Shown here: in pieces, positions 30,176-34,150 of the stretch
Layout of the letters: each line of letters starts with the position of its first letter
Position numbering within the stretch: position 1 is the first letter of the stretch
Assembly: GCF_001194135.2 (NCBI RefSeq)
Contig: NC_068983.1
Location: 2,772,150 to 2,806,299, forward strand
DNA from: Octopus bimaculoides
Taxonomy: Eukaryota
Length of the DNA: 34,150 nt
Reading direction: 5' to 3'
Translations under genes and position numbers: made by a program
Notes under the pieces: model-generated
The model's database searches: none
Told to the model about the DNA's origin: nothing
Seen by the model: the letters and a program-made list of their open reading frames with translations, nothing else

Positions 30176-30281
30176 NNNNNNNNNNNNNNNNNNNNNNNNN
30201 NNNNNNNNNNNNNNNNNNNNNNNNNNNNNNNNNNNNNNNNNNNNNNNNNNNNNNNNNNNNNNNNNNNNNNNNNNNNNNNNN

Positions 30282-30335
<54 letters not shown>
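30082..30335. repeat. (ACC)n(ACT)n, gap, then (CT)n
   Basis: Direct. Confidence 0.9.
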
Positions 30336-30337
<2 letters not shown>

Positions 30338-30808
30338 CTTTCGTATTTCACTAATCCTTAACTATCTACCTTCAATAGCTAGGCAAGTACACGCCTGACA
30401 AAGCTAACCTACGTGCACTATAACACGGCATACAAACACATATCTTATAAATGCTCGGTGACAATTGCCTGGAAGGCGGTGTCCTGCTGCATATAACAAC
30501 GAGAAAAGATATCAAAAACTAACAATAACATATGCCAACCTATTTGATAAATTGAAAGTGACATCAGATGTACATAACTTGTGTGCGTGTGTGTGTGTGA
30601 GCGTATGTGTATGGGTACGTGTGTGTGTACCTCATATATATGTATGTATGTATATATGTATGTATATAAATATATGTGTGTGTTTGTAAAATATATACAA
30701 ATGTGCCTGTATGTGCGTATATGTAGATATGTGTGCATTGGTACAATTCGGCATTGTAATTCACAGCGCATGTGTATGTATTTTGAGTCAGATAAGTGAT
30801 GGACGGGA

Positions 30809-30837
30809 AGTTGTTGTTGTTGTTGTTGTTGTTGTAG

Positions 30838-30869
<32 letters not shown>

Positions 30870-30883
30870 GCTGTTGTTGTTGT
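30809..30883. repeat. (GTT)n microsatellite
   Basis: Direct. Confidence 0.95.
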
Positions 30884-31834
30884 TTAAGTCCACGTCAACT
30901 TTGATCACGAAAGCCTATAATTAAAGGCATTCCAACAGTGACCGTCGCAGTTTCTTCCCTATGTATTTGGAAGTCAGAACCACCCTGTCCAATTTGTCTC
31001 TTTTACGATGTTCAACTGTGATTTTGGGGGACATTTGGCTGTCATTTCAATCCCCTAGTAACTCTTAATAGGAGCTGTCCCTCTGGTGGTGTAGCATTGG
31101 AAATGTATCGGCATAGGGCCACCTTAATTAGGGGAAGTTTTAGATCGAAACAAAACAGGAATGATTTAACAATCCCAGATGCTGTTGGACGACGAAGATT
31201 CAATTATTCGGTTGATAGAATTCCCTGCTTCTGAATCAACATATAAATGGCTGAGTATTCCACAGATATGTGGACCCTTAATGGGATTCTCAGATACAAC
31301 TAGCGTGACACAGTGAGTAGCAAAGCGAGATCTTTTAAATTATGGTTCTGCAATTAAACTGACGGTCTCTGACAACCCAATTTGCTCACAAGCAGGAGGT
31401 CGACCCAAGACTATAGAAAACGGCACTTGCCTAAGATACCACACAGTAATTCCAAGTAATTCCATATCAGTAATTCTAGACATCAGAGTCACAGACAAAC
31501 TGGCTTAGTACTATGGCTCCAGCTACAGGGTTATCGTTCAAGCGGGACCCTCCACGATATTTAAATTTGCAGCGAATATTCTTCCCTTTTATTATTGGTA
31601 AAAACTGAAGAGGAAGCAATTTGGTTGAAAGAAAGTCAAGGGCCACAAACCTAATACATATCTTCGAGGACGTCCTGAAAGGGTACGCAAGTCGCAGCCA
31701 GTGGCCAGTAGCAAGTGGTCACCAGATGTAATTCTCTGGTTTTCCTACGAAAAAAAAAACAAGAATACAGTTCAGAATAAATTAAATTAAACGTTGAATA
31801 TTTACAATTCTTTATCAGCAGACGATATCTTTTC

Positions 31835-32040
31835 CTTGTCGCTTGTTTCAGGCATTAGACTGCGACCATGCTGGAGTACAGCCTTGAAAAATCTTTAGTC
31901 GAATGAATCGACCCGAGTATTTCTGCTACTTATTTTTTCGGGTTCCTTTGCTGCTGTTACGAGACGTAAACAAACCAACACCGGTTATGAAGCGGTGGCG
32001 GGGTACACGTATACAGTCACACACACACATACACACATAC
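31835..32040 (-). mobile_element. SINE family 2, 3' half (diverged)
   Basis: CATTAGACTGCGACCATGCTGGAG...TTAGTCGAA...ACGTAAACAAACCAACACCGGTT. Confidence 0.65.
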
Positions 32041-32199
32041 CACATCATAACTACCAATTTATTACCTTATCACGACAACCCACGGCACATTTATTTACTG
32101 CACAACGCCAACCCCATTTATCAAACACTGTGGCCCTTCATATCTTCCTACTGGTCAGTACTCCACCAGTTTTGTCCTGCTATCTATCCCTGACAGCAG

Positions 32200-32582
32200 A
32201 TGGGTTTTTCCCCCACTAACCCATTAGAAAAAAGTTAGGTCAGAGCCTGCTCCTCCGCAGCCTGGCTCTCCATCGTCTACGACAATGCTCTCCAGTTGAT
32301 CCGATCAACGGAACATGCTGCTCGTGAAATGAACCTGAAAATGAATGAGTACTCCATGGACACAAGTCCTCTTAACGTAGTTCTCAGAAAAATTCAGCGT
32401 GACACGGAATGTGGCGAGGCTGGCCCTTTGAAACACAAGTACAATTCATTTTTGCCAGCTGAGGGGACTGGAGCAACGTGAAATTAAGTGTCTTACGCAA
32501 GGAAACAACACCCAGTCGGAAATCGATCTCACCTTGCAGTCGTCAGCCGAATTATTGACTACTAAACTATGCGCCTTCACTG
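32200..32582 (-). mobile_element. SINE family 3-related longer variant
   Basis: Minus strand GTGAAGGCGCATAG head, GTTGTTTCCTTGCGTAAGACACTTAATTTCACGTTGCTCC core; partial homologue at about 31215-31365. Confidence 0.55.
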
Positions 32583-33269
32583 CTCCCAACAATATAAATT
32601 CACCAATAGGAAGTCTCCCCACTGTTTCACTGATTGCTGTAATACTTCGTGAGTGGGGAGCAAAATTTACAACGTTAGGAGAAAGTGACCTCCACCTCCT
32701 CACTACAAACTGGGCGGCACTTACCCAGTGTCAAATTTGCTACAAGATTCTCTACCTCCTTACTTCCACTTCTCAGTCGTTCTGGTTATGTTATCTCTCC
32801 TCCTGTTGTCCGGTTTAATAACAACTCTACACAGTTCACATTAAGTAAATCTCTACTTTCTTGTTTACATTCAACCACGTTCACCATCAGCCACGAAGGA
32901 AGGTTATAAGTTTGCGTATTTCTGATTTGTCTGTGTGTGTGTGTTTGTGTGTGTATAAATCTATTGTTGCATTTGTGTATATGCTTCTGAGAGAACATGG
33001 CTCTATGTGTGTGGTGGGTGTATGGGTGGTAGGTTCAGCCAATTCCAATGAGAGACCAAGCGCAAACCACATGGTTCTATATAACACTCAAATCAATTGG
33101 GTTTCCGATATGTGATTCAAACTTCAAAAGTGGTGGTCTCTAACCTTTATCTCGTCTTTTTTATGCCCACAAAAATCATTTCTTGTAGATCTTCACCGAG
33201 GTTCTTTGGAAAAGTTTGTACAGGAACCAGAAGACTTCAAATAAGGTGAAGACATTTACAAATCCTTAA

Positions 33270-33490
33270 GTGACTTAATGCTTAGGGTGTTACGCTCATG
33301 GTCGTAGTTTCGCTCGCCAGACTGAACGACGTGTTGTGTTCTGGAGCGAAACATTTCATACCCTGTTGTTTCTGTCCCCTCACTTGTAAATGTGTAACCG
33401 TTCGATGGACTTGTGTCTCGTTGAGAAGGAATGCTAGGGCTTCGGTCATTTATACGCCATGGAAACCAAGTAACTGCCCTCTGAGCTTTA
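33270..33490 (+). mobile_element. SINE family 3 copy
   Basis: GTGTTGTGTTCTGGAGCGAAACATTTCA core; CCATGGAAACC...GCCCT tail. Confidence 0.55.
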
Positions 33491-33929
33491 AGATTCCATT
33501 GAGGACTAACAAGTCCTTAAATTTTTAAACAAATTATAAACAATCCCATGAATATGTAGATTAATAGGGGCTATTTGTGAACCCCTAAAGTGATTATTTC
33601 CAACAGTTTTTTTTTTCTTTATTTTGTTGCTCATCTCGATGCAAACATTGCAATATAGATAAGCAAACCAAGGCAAATAAATGTATTTCTGCTGTGGATG
33701 TTGTCTGGTCGAGAGTCAAGATACGAGAATGAATTTAGTTTTAATCAGTGATTAACCCAGTAAATCGGTGGAATTACCAGTAATTAGGAGAGACTTTTCG
33801 TATTCATAGATGTTGTAAATGATGACAAAATATCGATGACTGATTATTGAGCTTATCGCTTCAGGGTGGTTAATCTATCTTGTCTACCTGACATTTCAGA
33901 ATGTGAAATCGTTCTTAACTATATAATAC

Positions 33930-33971
<42 letters not shown>

Positions 33972-33979
33972 CTATCTAT

Positions 33980-34074
<95 letters not shown>
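33930..34074. repeat. (ATCT)n tetranucleotide microsatellite
   Basis: Direct. Confidence 0.95.
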
Positions 34075-34150
34075 AGGGCTAGGATGCGTGCTCTAAGAAA
34101 CGAAGGTGTTGGAGCCGCACGAGAGGCCCGGGTGGCGGAGGCGCAACAGG

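Noticed and set aside
34075-34150. GC-rich segment at the window edge
   Set aside because: Too short and truncated to interpret.

Overview
AT-rich, microsatellite-dense eukaryotic (metazoan) genomic DNA with seven N-gaps (about 1774-2569, 3172-3508, 8072-8301, 11853-11862, 13036-13927, 20116-20499, 30176-30281). The SINE and repeat content looks like coleoid cephalopod (Octopus-like) DNA; this is an inference from recalled repeat sequences, not a search. The one real gene is a minus-strand, multi-exon SLC17 (sialin-like) MFS anion transporter. Ten coding exons (28862 to 9345) were assembled by hand with GT-AG sites and matching phases, giving 490 aa. One expected internal exon is not visible and probably lies in the 20116-20499 gap. 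The rest is transposon debris: three tRNA-derived SINE families, five RLE-type (R4/Dong/NeSL-like) LINE 3' fragments, an RTE LINE fragment, an internally deleted Helitron, Tc1 and Merlin (ISXO2-like) transposase remnants, hAT MITEs and long foldback elements. The most unusual signal is at 3985-4880: an inverted pair of repeats whose two-copy consensus rebuilds a minimal type I hammerhead ribozyme, next to a Pol III tRNA-like head (retrozyme/Penelope-like). Other notable points are loss of the TM4 glutamates in the transporter, intronic long-dsRNA foldbacks, and a MITE with mirrored octamer+CCAAT motifs.
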